A DNA stretch of 64,000 nt from an uncultured bacterium (GTDB lineage: Bacteria > CSSED10-310 > CAZUFC01), in contig CAZUFC010000018.1 of NCBI GenBank assembly GCA_964619725.1, forward strand, positions 20,111-84,110, in the 5' to 3' direction. The notes beneath the pieces are model-generated. The model had not been told where the DNA came from and did not search any database. It saw only the letters and a list, made by a program, of their open reading frames with translations. Of this stretch, positions 19,158-29,267 are shown one piece after another. Position 1 is the stretch's first letter. Each line of letters begins with the position of its first letter. A program made the translations under genes and the position numbers.

Positions 19158-21800
19158 TCATTCAGAGTCGCGGCATAAATTGATCAACTCGTTCCAGGTG
19201 TATTCTCGTGTGGCGGGGTATTGGCTTTCGTATCCTGAGCCTTCATAGTGGAAAGCGTGATCGCAATTTGCATGGGCGAAAGAGATGATGAAACTGCTCT
19301 CATTTATGATGTCATTGCCGGAACAGGATATTTTCGGTTCCGCGACTATGAGATGAATTCCCGTGACCAAACCACCTGCGAAGCGCCACCAGGGGTCTGC
19401 ATCGGGGTCGGAAACCAGCCCGTAGTTTTTCATAATGTTGAAAAGGGCCTGTTTATCGATGAATACGCCGGCATCCAGCATTTCTGTGATATCGTCCTGA
19501 ATGCCGCTATAGAGCTCACTGGTAAAAATCCATCCGCCGTAAGGGGCTCCTCCTGTGTTGTACCACCAGGAATCCCAGCTTAAATCCAGCGGAGGAGTGT
19601 AAACTTTGCGCAAATCGCCGGGAGTCGCTATGAACAGAGGGTATAATTCTGCATTATCTGAGCCCGGATCATCCCAGTATCTAATGTCTGCATTGCCGTT
19701 GTAAGAATCCCAGTCTTTGAAGAATCCATGACCTTCGGGCCATTCGCCTTCCGACCATACCGCCTGCACTCCAGGATAATATGTTTCATATATGACAGAG
19801 GGTTCTCCGTTCCAATTGCCCAAAGGTCTGACGACATGCAGCCCAAAAGGCGACATCGTATTCGTGTTTCTGTAAAAATCGTAACCTCCCTCAACCGTTG
19901 AGGCATTCTCGACGACATGTCTGCACATTAAAGTTATCGGGACAAGATACTCCAAATTATCCGGAAGCGAATCGACCAGGGCTTCCACCCTCAGGTTCAG
20001 CCAATCCATGCGATCCTGAGGAGTATCATCTATGTCATAGGGGTCGCGAAGCCACCACGCTGCAGCAATTCCCGAATAGGACAACGCTTTTTCATTCATA
20101 GCCCATAAGAATCCGCCTATGTGTCCTGCGTACGATGTCGTTACCCAGGTATTTTTTGGGTCGCCTTCGTTGCCATAGACGATAATGATGTTATGAGTCG
20201 CCCAGGAGCTGAACCAGTCCATTACATAGCCATGAACGTTCCTGTCCTGCAAGAGACCGTCCTGCCACAATGCGGCGGACTTGCAGTTCGACATGTGCAG
20301 ATCATCGTAAATATGCAATGCGTATAAATCCCATACATCAAGCTCCCTGCTGTTTTCACCGGTATAAACGCGTGTGTCCTCTACCAGTCCGATACGAGGA
20401 ATCACCAAATCGCTCATTCTTATCCCTCTGAGCATTCCTTCGAGTTCTTCATGATATTGGGAATAATATTCATAATACGGATTGCTTTCATCATCGAGGT
20501 TAAAAAGAGTTTGGGCCAACTGACGTATCGCTTCATAACCTTCTGCATCCACCGTGATCCCGCGTATTTCCACGTCCACGCCGCCTATGTGTTCGTCCGT
20601 ATAACTCTTGAGTTCATCATTCAGCAAAGCTGATATTTCTTCTGCAAGAAGGTAACCGTGAGCAGCGCCCTGATCGAAAGGGGAGCCTTTGGCGTTGAGG
20701 TATAGAATCCTGTGATCTGAACCTCTTGTGTCCATAGGTTCAGCTCTCTTTGAATCGTATGTATCGGCGCTGACGGCTATAAAGCGACCTTTCACTGATT
20801 TCCTTCTTACAGGCGTATTTGACGTTATGGTGAGTCTTAAATATTCAAAATTATCGTCAGGATCGGTTCGATGATAATCTGATTTTATCATGGCATCAAT
20901 TCCGGCGTCCCGATCTGCGAACGGCATGCCTTGCCATCTGTAAACCCAGAAATCATCTCCTATTATCCCGCCGCCCATATAATTTGTATCGAGATCATAA
21001 AGCGCATATTCATCGCCGCTGACGAAAATTATGATCTCCTCCAGACTGTCAGGATCGTAAAAAGGTTCCATTGAATCAATCGTCTCAAAAGGAAAATTCG
21101 CTCCGCCAAAAGGCCATTGTTCTGTTTTGATCGTGCCTGCTTCAGAATATCCCCCCTGAGAATCCCAGGAAATAAACTCATTCCCGCATGTGAAGAGCTG
21201 GAGTCCGCCCTCACAAACTTCCATGGCAGCATCCATGCCGTTACTCAGCAATTCCGGAAAATCATCGCCCCAGAAATCATCGCCCAAATAACCGGGTGCA
21301 TCCCCCTGTTCAAAACTGAAATATCCCCGATCGGCCGTCCATAATATGTATTCGATTCCATTGATGTAAATCTGACATGCTTCAGGGGCATCTCCTCCCG
21401 GTCCGTCAAAATCAATCAATGCCAACATACCGGCATCGATTTCTTCAAACGGAAAAGCAGTTCCCCCTGCATCACGCCACCAGTCATCATTAATCATAGA
21501 AGGTCCGGATGATGTTCTACTATAATAATACCTGCCTTCAGGATCACGTACGACATATTCCGTCGCGTTGTAATCAGCTATTGCCGTCGCCTTGTTTACT
21601 TTACTCCGATCAATATCCTCTGCCGTTCTAAGGGCTGAAATTTCTTCTGCAAAAGTATCCTGAGAACTCGATTCAACAAAAACAGACCTTAAGGATGGTG
21701 CCGATGCCGATGAAATTCCAGCGCCGCTCGCTGAAATTATAAAAACCATCATGAATCCTGATACGATGCTTATTTTCCTGCCGATTTTATAAAAAATCAA
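19158..21800 (-). CDS. Secreted protein: hemopexin-like repeats fused to a C45-family (Ntn-hydrolase) domain
   Basis: Signal peptide; four W..P…IDA-type repeats; then KGSPFDQGAAHGYLLAEEI…EELEGM…SN/CKSAALW…YAGHIG…AMNEKAL. Confidence 0.6.
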   Translation of the reverse strand: MIFYKIGRKISIVSGFMMVFIISASGAGISSASAPSLRSVFVESSSQDTFAEEISALRTAEDIDRSKVNKATAIADYNATEYVVRDPEGRYYYSRTSSGPSMINDDWWRDAGGTAFPFEEIDAGMLALIDFDGPGGDAPEACQIYINGIEYILWTADRGYFSFEQGDAPGYLGDDFWGDDFPELLSNGMDAAMEVCEGGLQLFTCGNEFISWDSQGGYSEAGTIKTEQWPFGGANFPFETIDSMEPFYDPDSLEEIIIFVSGDEYALYDLDTNYMGGGIIGDDFWVYRWQGMPFADRDAGIDAMIKSDYHRTDPDDNFEYLRLTITSNTPVRRKSVKGRFIAVSADTYDSKRAEPMDTRGSDHRILYLNAKGSPFDQGAAHGYLLAEEISALLNDELKSYTDEHIGGVDVEIRGITVDAEGYEAIRQLAQTLFNLDDESNPYYEYYSQYHEELEGMLRGIRMSDLVIPRIGLVEDTRVYTGENSRELDVWDLYALHIYDDLHMSNCKSAALWQDGLLQDRNVHGYVMDWFSSWATHNIIIVYGNEGDPKNTWVTTSYAGHIGGFLWAMNEKALSYSGIAAAWWLRDPYDIDDTPQDRMDWLNLRVEALVDSLPDNLEYLVPITLMCRHVVENASTVEGGYDFYRNTNTMSPFGLHVVRPLGNWNGEPSVIYETYYPGVQAVWSEGEWPEGHGFFKDWDSYNGNADIRYWDDPGSDNAELYPLFIATPGDLRKVYTPPLDLSWDSWWYNTGGAPYGGWIFTSELYSGIQDDITEMLDAGVFIDKQALFNIMKNYGLVSDPDADPWWRFAGGLVTGIHLIVAEPKISCSGNDIINESSFIISFAHANCDHAFHYEGSGYESQYPATREYTWNELINLCRDSE

Positions 21801-22000
21801 CTCAAGTCTCCCAATTTCTTAATATAATGGAATACTAAGCGGAAAACAAAAATTAAATGAACCCTTCAAAAGTCCAGGATTGGACTCGCAAACTCGCGCT
21901 CCAATGGGATTTCGATCCCTGCATGAACGCCGGAGATGCTCAAAAATTGTAATCGGCAGACTAATTTTTCCTATAAGCTTTTATACGGATGTTTTTCTCG

Positions 22001-23116
22001 TCACTCAAAAGGTCTTGACGGGTAATTCCGAACGAATTCAATCATTTTCGGTATTACGGAATAAATGGACGGACAGACTATCCCGCTGCCTTTCAGAAAA
22101 GTCTGAGTATTTTTCGTATCGTAAAAGGCAGGATGATTAAAGTATTCGACCAGCTCGGCGGGGATGTTGAGTAAAGAGGGCACAGCGGGAAGCTGGACCG
22201 CGTTCTCGACCAGGATTGACGGTATCATGCCGAACGTTTTTATGCCGAAGTGCGAGAGGATGTTCTCGTATAAATCTGAAACGGGAACAGGTTCCGGGTC
22301 GGCAACATGAAACGTCAGGCCGAGGGCGGCTTTTTGCTCGACGATTTCCATCACGGCAGCCGTCATGTAATCAATGGGAACAAGGTTAATGGGGTATTTG
22401 CCCTGGCCGATCCTGGGCAGAGTGAACAATTTCAGCGGCAAACCGAGTTTCTCCAGCTTGACTAATAATCGTATGACGAAATAGGGTCCGTCGTACTTGT
22501 CGGTTTTTCCTGTTTTGGAATCTCCCACCACTATCGAAGGACGGATGATGATCGTCGGTATCTTTGTCATTCGCGAACGTACTTCAACTTCGGCATGAAA
22601 CTTGGTCTCTTCATAGTAATTCTTGAAACGCCGGCCCGCATCCAGGTCCGATTCCAATATCAGCCCCTCTCGCCTGCCCGATACGTAACAGGTACTGAAA
22701 TAAACGAAACGCTCCAGATTTTTCATCTCTTCGCAGAACTCCAATATGTTCAGCGTTCCGTCGACATTGACCTGATAAGCCGTCTTTCGGGGAACAGAAA
22801 GGTCGTAAATCGCCGCAAGGTGAAATACGTGAGTGATTTCATCAGACAAAGTTTCAAAAGTCAGCCGGTCCAGGGCAAGTCGCGGAACGGTTATGTCTCC
22901 GCAAATAATCCGCGCCCTTTTCTCGAAGCCGGGGATTTCCGTTGCTATCTGGCGAATGTCCTGCTCCGCTTTGGGAACGAACGCCGCCTGAACCAAAAAT
23001 ACGAATTTCCTGTCCCTGCGTTCCAACGCCATAGACTTCACCAGCCTCCTGGCTATGAATCCCGGGAATCCCGTGAAAAAATAAAGCTCTCCCTTTTTTG
23101 ATTTTTTATTCGTCAT
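22001..23116 (-). CDS. Extended SDR family oxidoreductase (fatty-acyl reductase / thioester-reductase-like)
   Basis: TGFPGFIA, GDIT, HLAAIYDL, VNVDGT, STCYVSG, catalytic YEETK, RPSIVVGDS. Confidence 0.9.
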   Translation of the reverse strand: MTNKKSKKGELYFFTGFPGFIARRLVKSMALERRDRKFVFLVQAAFVPKAEQDIRQIATEIPGFEKRARIICGDITVPRLALDRLTFETLSDEITHVFHLAAIYDLSVPRKTAYQVNVDGTLNILEFCEEMKNLERFVYFSTCYVSGRREGLILESDLDAGRRFKNYYEETKFHAEVEVRSRMTKIPTIIIRPSIVVGDSKTGKTDKYDGPYFVIRLLVKLEKLGLPLKLFTLPRIGQGKYPINLVPIDYMTAAVMEIVEQKAALGLTFHVADPEPVPVSDLYENILSHFGIKTFGMIPSILVENAVQLPAVPSLLNIPAELVEYFNHPAFYDTKNTQTFLKGSGIVCPSIYSVIPKMIEFVRNYPSRPFE

Positions 23117-23399
23117 AATTATGCCTTCCTTTTCCTTTCGAATTCAGGGTTAATCTTCCGTCTTATTTTTCGCCTTTTTGCGAAAGATTTATTTCATCTC
23201 TTCGCAACGCTATTTCCAAATTTCTGCCTGCTGAAACCGGTCCTTATCTCTGAAATGAATTCTACATTGAAAACATCGTTAATTGCAAACAGCCGGCCGC
23301 TATCGGAGTAAAACTTTGCGCCTGATTACGGGCTGTATGTTCACTCCCTTTTATTTATCTGATTAATACTTCCAAAAAAGCTCCTCTTCCGAAAAAAAA

Positions 23400-23427
23400 T
23401 TGTATTTATTCTGATTTTTGCTAGAAT
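23400..23427 (+). promoter_or_regulatory. Candidate sigma70 promoter with extended -10
   Basis: TTGTAT-16-TAGAAT with TG immediately upstream (TGcTAGAAT). Confidence 0.45.
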
Positions 23428-23638
23428 TCAAATTGAGGCCGTATTTCTCATAATTGCATACTTCAGGAAACTAAATCGTAGAAGTTGATTTGACCGATTC
23501 ATCGCCGTGACGTACGTGTGAGGATTAACGAAGCGCGTTTTGAGGACGCTTGAGGAATTGTTTGATCTGTTGTTTTGAAAGGGGGGAATTGCAGGTTTTT
23601 GATGTTTGGAATTGATTTTATCAGAAGAGGAGGATGTA

Positions 23639-26600
23639 ATGGAGATACCATTAAAGAAATTTTTCGGTTCGATGGAAACTGATGCGGTTCTGATTGTTCC
23701 TGAGGATATTAATCTTAATGAGCCTATTGAAAACGGACCCTTTAAAAAGATTGGAATAAATGCGAAGTGGGAGAAAAAGCTGCCTGTTTTCGGGGAGGAA
23801 CTCAGTCTCGATGCTGAAGTTGAATCTTACGTTTATTTTCATGATGCGGGGGAGAGCGTCAGGACGTTTCAGGGACTGAAAGCAGCAACTCCGGAAGGAA
23901 GGCATTTCGTGGAACTGGCGTTTCGTCCCAGGGTTACTGCTGAGATGGGTATGAAATGGTCTCTGGGATATTGGGATTTAAGTTTAAAAGCTGATGCTTC
24001 GATGGATGCGGAATATCGGCATCTGTTGTTGTGCAACCCGGGGCAGAAGCGACGTGACGCCTTTGAATCTGTTGTAAAATCCGCCAAATTGCCGAGGTTC
24101 ATTGATTTAAAGGAAACGCATGAAAGGAAAATAAAACCGTATGAATTTACAGGGCTTCATTACGCTTTACGCGAAAAATTGAAACTCGAAGCAGGCATCA
24201 TCAAGGAATATGATTGGGAAAAAGCTTTGCCGGATGTCCACAAGTTATTAAAAGAACTGAAAGAATCGGAATTACCGGAATTTAAAGTTAAAGCCGAAGC
24301 AAGCATCAAGGCCGGATTAGGTTTTGAATTATATGATGAATTAACGTGGGAACTGGGCAAAATTAATTGCGTGCATGACGATTGGACGAGAGTTAGAATC
24401 TCCAAAATTCATGAAGAGAGATTAACTCTGGGAGCGGTCATAGCTTTGAAGGCGGAATATGATCTGGGCAGTCCGTTCATATCTATGCTGGAAAAAGCAA
24501 TGGAATGGTCGCCGGTAAAAACAGCGATGAATGCATTGGCCGATGTCGGGAAAGTGAGTTCAAAAATTAAGGCGGGGGAATGGGAAGCTGTCGCTTCCGA
24601 GCTGGCTGAGAAGGCGACCCCTTTGCTGGCTCAACTTTTGGGCATCGATGAGCTTTTCGAGGAATTGAAAGATTCGGATGATTTAAAGAAAATACTGCGT
24701 GAATTGAATGATGCCGTCGAATTTTACAGTGAACTTGACGAAACCTTGAAGTCACTGTGGGAGGATTTACTGTCTGATGCGGGAGTGGGCGAAGATTCGG
24801 ATATCGTATTACGGTTGAAGGAGATAAAGGGACTGAAAGGGAAGTCGATTCAGGAATGTATAGACCTGTTGTTCGACGACGAAGGCAATGACTGGAGCAA
24901 AGCCCTGGACCTGTTTGAGACGTTGATGGGCGTCGACATTGAGTCTTTGGTCGTTTATGACGATGAAAAAGTCAGGGAAACGATAGACAAAGCGGCTGAA
25001 ATGGCTGAAAAAATTCTGAAATTCCTTGAGGATATTCCTGATGCCGTAATCGAAAGGTTCAACCAGTTTAATGATGAAACCGGCATCACGGCGGTTGTCC
25101 AGTGGATAGAGGAGCATACCGATTCCGTTGAAAGCCTGCAGAAATATGCAAAGGGTCAAATGGCGAAGTTTATCGAGCGCATTCTGAATAAATCAATCGA
25201 ACTCCTGGAGCCAGAGGATTTGAATAGAATTCAGAAATGGGCGGAAATTATTGATGAACTGATCGATAAAACAGATGAAATCGATGACAAGATAAGGGAA
25301 ATGCTGGAAAAAATGAAAGGCGATATGGGATTCTCCCTTTCTTTGGAACTGGACCGTGCAGTCAGAAAAACAGCGTTGCTCGATGTGGAAATAGATACTG
25401 CATCACGTCACTTGTCCGTGAAAGTCCTTAAAGCGCTCAAAGAAAGAAAAATTAAACGTTTTCTTAAGGAACTTCCTGGCCCGAAAGATGATAAAGAATC
25501 TCCCTTCATATTGCATGATTGCCTGTTCACGTCACGCAAGGTCAGAACCAATGCCTTGAATTTTATCTGGTCAGCGTTCGGATTGGAGGGATTATTAAAA
25601 AGAACAATTAAGCGTATCACCTCCACAAAAATTGAATTCAAAGAAAGTGACGGACAACAAACCAGAGAGGCGCTCTATTCGGCGGAAATGCAGGCCATGT
25701 TTGAAAGAAATGAAAATGTCCTTCAAGGCGGAATATCACTCCAAACATTTATAGAAGGCAAAGATTTTTACTTTGAAGGTCCGTATGACGCCGGTACGCT
25801 TAAACACAATCTCAATTTGTTCTTCCTGCTTGACGATCCGGAGTCTACCGCCACAAACCGAATATTCACGGACATATTCCTGATGCAGATAGGGTTCCTG
25901 GGCGTAAACCCGGAGTATGCCGCAAACGTTAAAATTCAGAAAAACCCGCCCAGCAATCTTTCACTCAGGATAATGCTGCCGGAAAAAGCCCTGGAACCTC
26001 TGTTCAGCGATTTAGATCATCCTAACTTTCAAGTAGACTTCTTGAATGCCTGCACCAGATGGCTGGATGAACCGTTTCTTAGAGGAGATGATAGTCAGGG
26101 AGAAGATGGATTAACTAGAGAAAAAAAGATGGCAGCCTTGATGACGTGGGAAAAGTATCATGAAATATGTGAAAAGCATGGTTCTGCCGGCCATAAAGTC
26201 GTGGAGGAATTGATAAAGCTTGGAGGAGCAGAACTGACTATAGGCGGTAAACCAGTAACAGTTTATTTTCGTCGCGATGGAACAAACTTGAGACCGGAAT
26301 TCATTTTTATTACCGAACTGCCGCGTATGATGAATGAATTACGTGAAAAGATGAAACGGTTCAGAGAGCATTTACCGAAAAAAAACGCCGAAAGCATCAA
26401 TCATAATTACATGGTAGAATTCATCAATTCGTTCGCGTCAAAAACTTTGAAAAAAATGAACCATAAAAATTGGAATAGTCCGCTATTTCCGCTCTGGTTC
26501 ATAATGGCTAGGTTGGGACGCAGTGCCGAGGATGTATTGAAAGAGGCGGAGGGGATTGCCGTATTCAGTTATGAGACTGATGAAGGAATGCGGCATTTGC

Positions 26601-26683
26601 GACCGTTGATGCTTGATCAGGGACTAAGAATCGACAAACCGGGCGACGGCAAAGGCTTATTTCCAATAAAATCCGGGGATTGA
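23639..26683 (+). CDS. Large hypothetical protein (about 1015 aa): beta-rich ends and long helical centre
   Basis: Long open frame with a GAGGAGG RBS before the ATG at 23639. No signal peptide or recognisable catalytic motif. Confidence 0.8.
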   Translation: MEIPLKKFFGSMETDAVLIVPEDINLNEPIENGPFKKIGINAKWEKKLPVFGEELSLDAEVESYVYFHDAGESVRTFQGLKAATPEGRHFVELAFRPRVTAEMGMKWSLGYWDLSLKADASMDAEYRHLLLCNPGQKRRDAFESVVKSAKLPRFIDLKETHERKIKPYEFTGLHYALREKLKLEAGIIKEYDWEKALPDVHKLLKELKESELPEFKVKAEASIKAGLGFELYDELTWELGKINCVHDDWTRVRISKIHEERLTLGAVIALKAEYDLGSPFISMLEKAMEWSPVKTAMNALADVGKVSSKIKAGEWEAVASELAEKATPLLAQLLGIDELFEELKDSDDLKKILRELNDAVEFYSELDETLKSLWEDLLSDAGVGEDSDIVLRLKEIKGLKGKSIQECIDLLFDDEGNDWSKALDLFETLMGVDIESLVVYDDEKVRETIDKAAEMAEKILKFLEDIPDAVIERFNQFNDETGITAVVQWIEEHTDSVESLQKYAKGQMAKFIERILNKSIELLEPEDLNRIQKWAEIIDELIDKTDEIDDKIREMLEKMKGDMGFSLSLELDRAVRKTALLDVEIDTASRHLSVKVLKALKERKIKRFLKELPGPKDDKESPFILHDCLFTSRKVRTNALNFIWSAFGLEGLLKRTIKRITSTKIEFKESDGQQTREALYSAEMQAMFERNENVLQGGISLQTFIEGKDFYFEGPYDAGTLKHNLNLFFLLDDPESTATNRIFTDIFLMQIGFLGVNPEYAANVKIQKNPPSNLSLRIMLPEKALEPLFSDLDHPNFQVDFLNACTRWLDEPFLRGDDSQGEDGLTREKKMAALMTWEKYHEICEKHGSAGHKVVEELIKLGGAELTIGGKPVTVYFRRDGTNLRPEFIFITELPRMMNELREKMKRFREHLPKKNAESINHNYMVEFINSFASKTLKKMNHKNWNSPLFPLWFIMARLGRSAEDVLKEAEGIAVFSYETDEGMRHLRPLMLDQGLRIDKPGDGKGLFPIKSGD

Positions 26684-27823
26684 TCAGGAGGCGTTTTTTT
26701 CTTCAAACAATTTACGGCATTCGGCCAGTCTTTCGACAATAGAAATATCCTGAGGACATTTATCTTCGCATTCTCCGCATTCGGTGCAAGCGCTTGCGGG
26801 TTTACCGGGATACCAGGGGTCTTTTCCTATTCGATCATATTTTTCTCTGGCGAAATTCTGCATCTCGTAGACGTCGTGGTAAATCTGGAATTTAAGTATA
26901 AGCGGTATGTTCACTTCCTGCGGGCAGGGCATACAATACTTGCAGCCCGTACAGCGTATTTCTCCCTTTTTTTTCAATTCGGTCATCACTTGAACCGCTG
27001 AATCGATTTCATCGTTATTCAACTCAGCAGTCTTGCTCGCCCACAACAGATTCTCCCGCACCTGTTCGATGGAACTCATCCCCGATAAAGCGCAATCAAC
27101 ATCCGGATTCGACCATACGAACTGAAGTGCAAACCGGGCCCGCTCTTCTGCAGAAATATTAAGCTGTTCCAGGACGCTCGGACCGAATTCTGTTATCCGG
27201 CCGCCGGCTACAGGCCCCATGACGGCTATGCCGAGATCGCGCTCCTTGACTTTTTTCATGGATTCAGCGTTGCTCATATCCAGCAGGGAATACTGACACA
27301 GAACCGCTTCAAAAATATCAACCTCAGCCAATGTCGCCAAGTCTTCCGTCGGACCGTGAAACGAATAACATAAATGTCTGACCAGTCCCTCCTCTTTCAA
27401 TGCAGCGAATTTTTTTATCCAACCGAACTTGTCGTCAAGCTCTTTGTACTCTTTTTCATTAATCCCATGCAAATAATAAATATCCAGATAATCAGTCCGC
27501 AACTTCTCCAACTGTTCATCAAAAACGCGGCGGAAATCCCCAGGCTCCTTGTACACCCAACCCGGAGCCTTGGTTGATAAAATAATGTCCTTCCGATACG
27601 GCTCCAGCAACTTCCCCATCACATTCTCCGACTCGCCGCCATGATAAGGATACGCCGTGTCAAAATAATTCACGCCGCCATCCATCAACTCCTCAAACAT
27701 CAATTCCGTATGCTCCATGTCGATTTTCTTCATGTCGGCCGGATCGCTCAACGGCAACCGCATGCAACCCATCCCCAAACGCGAAATCTGAATGTCCGTT
27801 TTGCCGAACCTTTTGTAAATCAT
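26684..27823 (-). CDS. Aldo/keto reductase with C-terminal 4Fe-4S dicluster
   Basis: LGMGCMRLP, NYFDTAYPYHGGESE, LSTK, CTGCKYCMPCP and CTECGECEDKCPQ. Confidence 0.93.
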   Translation of the reverse strand: MIYKRFGKTDIQISRLGMGCMRLPLSDPADMKKIDMEHTELMFEELMDGGVNYFDTAYPYHGGESENVMGKLLEPYRKDIILSTKAPGWVYKEPGDFRRVFDEQLEKLRTDYLDIYYLHGINEKEYKELDDKFGWIKKFAALKEEGLVRHLCYSFHGPTEDLATLAEVDIFEAVLCQYSLLDMSNAESMKKVKERDLGIAVMGPVAGGRITEFGPSVLEQLNISAEERARFALQFVWSNPDVDCALSGMSSIEQVRENLLWASKTAELNNDEIDSAVQVMTELKKKGEIRCTGCKYCMPCPQEVNIPLILKFQIYHDVYEMQNFAREKYDRIGKDPWYPGKPASACTECGECEDKCPQDISIVERLAECRKLFEEKNAS

Positions 27824-27912
27824 CTTTCCCTCCCGCCCTTCTCTGTTACCGTTTTTTCTTCATAATCGAACGAAGAGCCTCTTTTAACATACTATGAAAC
27901 ATGATGAATTCA

Positions 27913-28102
27913 TAGGAGGTTCAAAAAATTTGAATTTTAAGTTTTTCATAGATCGTCATGATGCCAAAAATCGTCTTTATCCCGCAGCATTGAGATTTAA
28001 AGCTTTACGAGATTTAGAGTCAGTAGTGAAATAATAATTGGCGTCTTTCAGCAACAACAATTTCAAAAAATTTGAAAAAAATTCAAATTTTTTGACCCCC
28101 TA
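27913..28102. mobile_element. MITE-like element with about 25-bp terminal inverted repeats
   Basis: taggaggttcaaaaaatttgaatttt … aaaattcaaattttttgacccccta (18-bp perfect core). Confidence 0.65.
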
Positions 28103-28134
28103 TTCAGCCATTTCGCCGATTTCTACGTTTAACA

Positions 28135-28310
28135 CGCATTTCTCATGCAAAACCTGTTACGAACGTCCATATCACCGCAGATTCAAGCGGCGATCCCTAC
28201 GGTCTTGCTCAATATAGCGCTGCTATGCTTCCGCAGGCCTCCGGTCCGCCACACTTGAATCTGCGGGAATCTGAACGTTCTCGCTACGATTTTATATGAT
28301 AAATCCGGAC
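28135..28310. repeat. Long imperfect palindrome (MITE/REP-like)
   Basis: Nested arms: ccgcagattcaag (28175-28187)/cttgaatctgcgg (28254-28266), gaacgtccatat/atctgaacgttc and atttctcatgcaaaa/ttttatatgataaat. Confidence 0.7.
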
Positions 28311-28727
28311 TAAGTCATTGTATTTTCGTTCACAGACCTTTTGGCATGAAAAATGCTTCCATATCAGCGTCAGCTTCGGACCGAATGCAGACAAACTTAC
28401 GCTCGATGGAAGGCAGGGGGCATGCCGCTGTAGACGGTAAAACCTCAGCGGCCGGACTATGCCCGATAAAGAAATGCTCTGCGCCCAAACCGGGCGTGGG
28501 GGAGGGCCCGAAAAAAGGGGCGGGGTTTATCCTTTGATTTTAAGGGTTTAGCCCCTGCTGCCGTATTCCTTGTGTCGACAAGTGTAATTGGAATTTTTTA
28601 ACGGGGGATATTACGTCGCAAAATGCGGGATTCCTGAACTTGATTTTTCGGGGCCAGGGGAATCACTGAAAGAAATCGATCCATCCTTTCAGTAAGCATC
28701 AAAAGGAAAGTTCAATGAGAAATATTC

Positions 28728-29208
28728 GGCACTGATTGAAAACAGGTCTTTTGAGTTTACAATACGGCAAAATATCCCATCGTCTTGTTTTGATTGCGGT
28801 TGCGATTTATATCCCGATCCGACCCAGATTACTGAAGCGAACCGTCATACTTCAGAACTCCTGACAAAGACAACCTAATATATTGAAATCAATTGACTTT
28901 TTTACACTGAGTCTCGGCATAAAAATTGTGCAGTTTTTAGCCCCCCCTATATCCGTGAAAAGAGCGTTGATTAATCGAAATTCAAAGATTGGCACTGATG
29001 TCAATGAGGATACAGGATGATGTTTCTTGTGGTTTTTAATAGTCTTCATATTCGATTAATCAACGGACCCGCAAGCGGGGGAATTTTGTTTAATTGATTT
29101 TTTTGATCGATTACTGGATTTTCGTCGAATATTTCACAATTTTTTATCGGTCAATGTCAGGATATGTGAAATTTTTCTAAGAAGCGTAATCCCGGTTTGA
29201 TCAGTCCC
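28728..29208 (+). mobile_element. 'TGATCA family' element expanded by an internal insert of about 300 bp
   Basis: Left end ggcactgattgaaaacaggtcttttgagtttacaat with a colinear body to ~28850. Right end gtaatcccggtttgatcagtccc at 29186-29208. Confidence 0.7.
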
Positions 29209-29267
29209 GAATATTCAATTTTAAAACGTCAGAAGCATTTATACGGCGAATCATCGATAGATTCAGT

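Noticed and set aside
28346-28537. 63-aa ORF or riboswitch in the element nest
   Set aside because: No RBS, protein motif or recognisable aptamer consensus.
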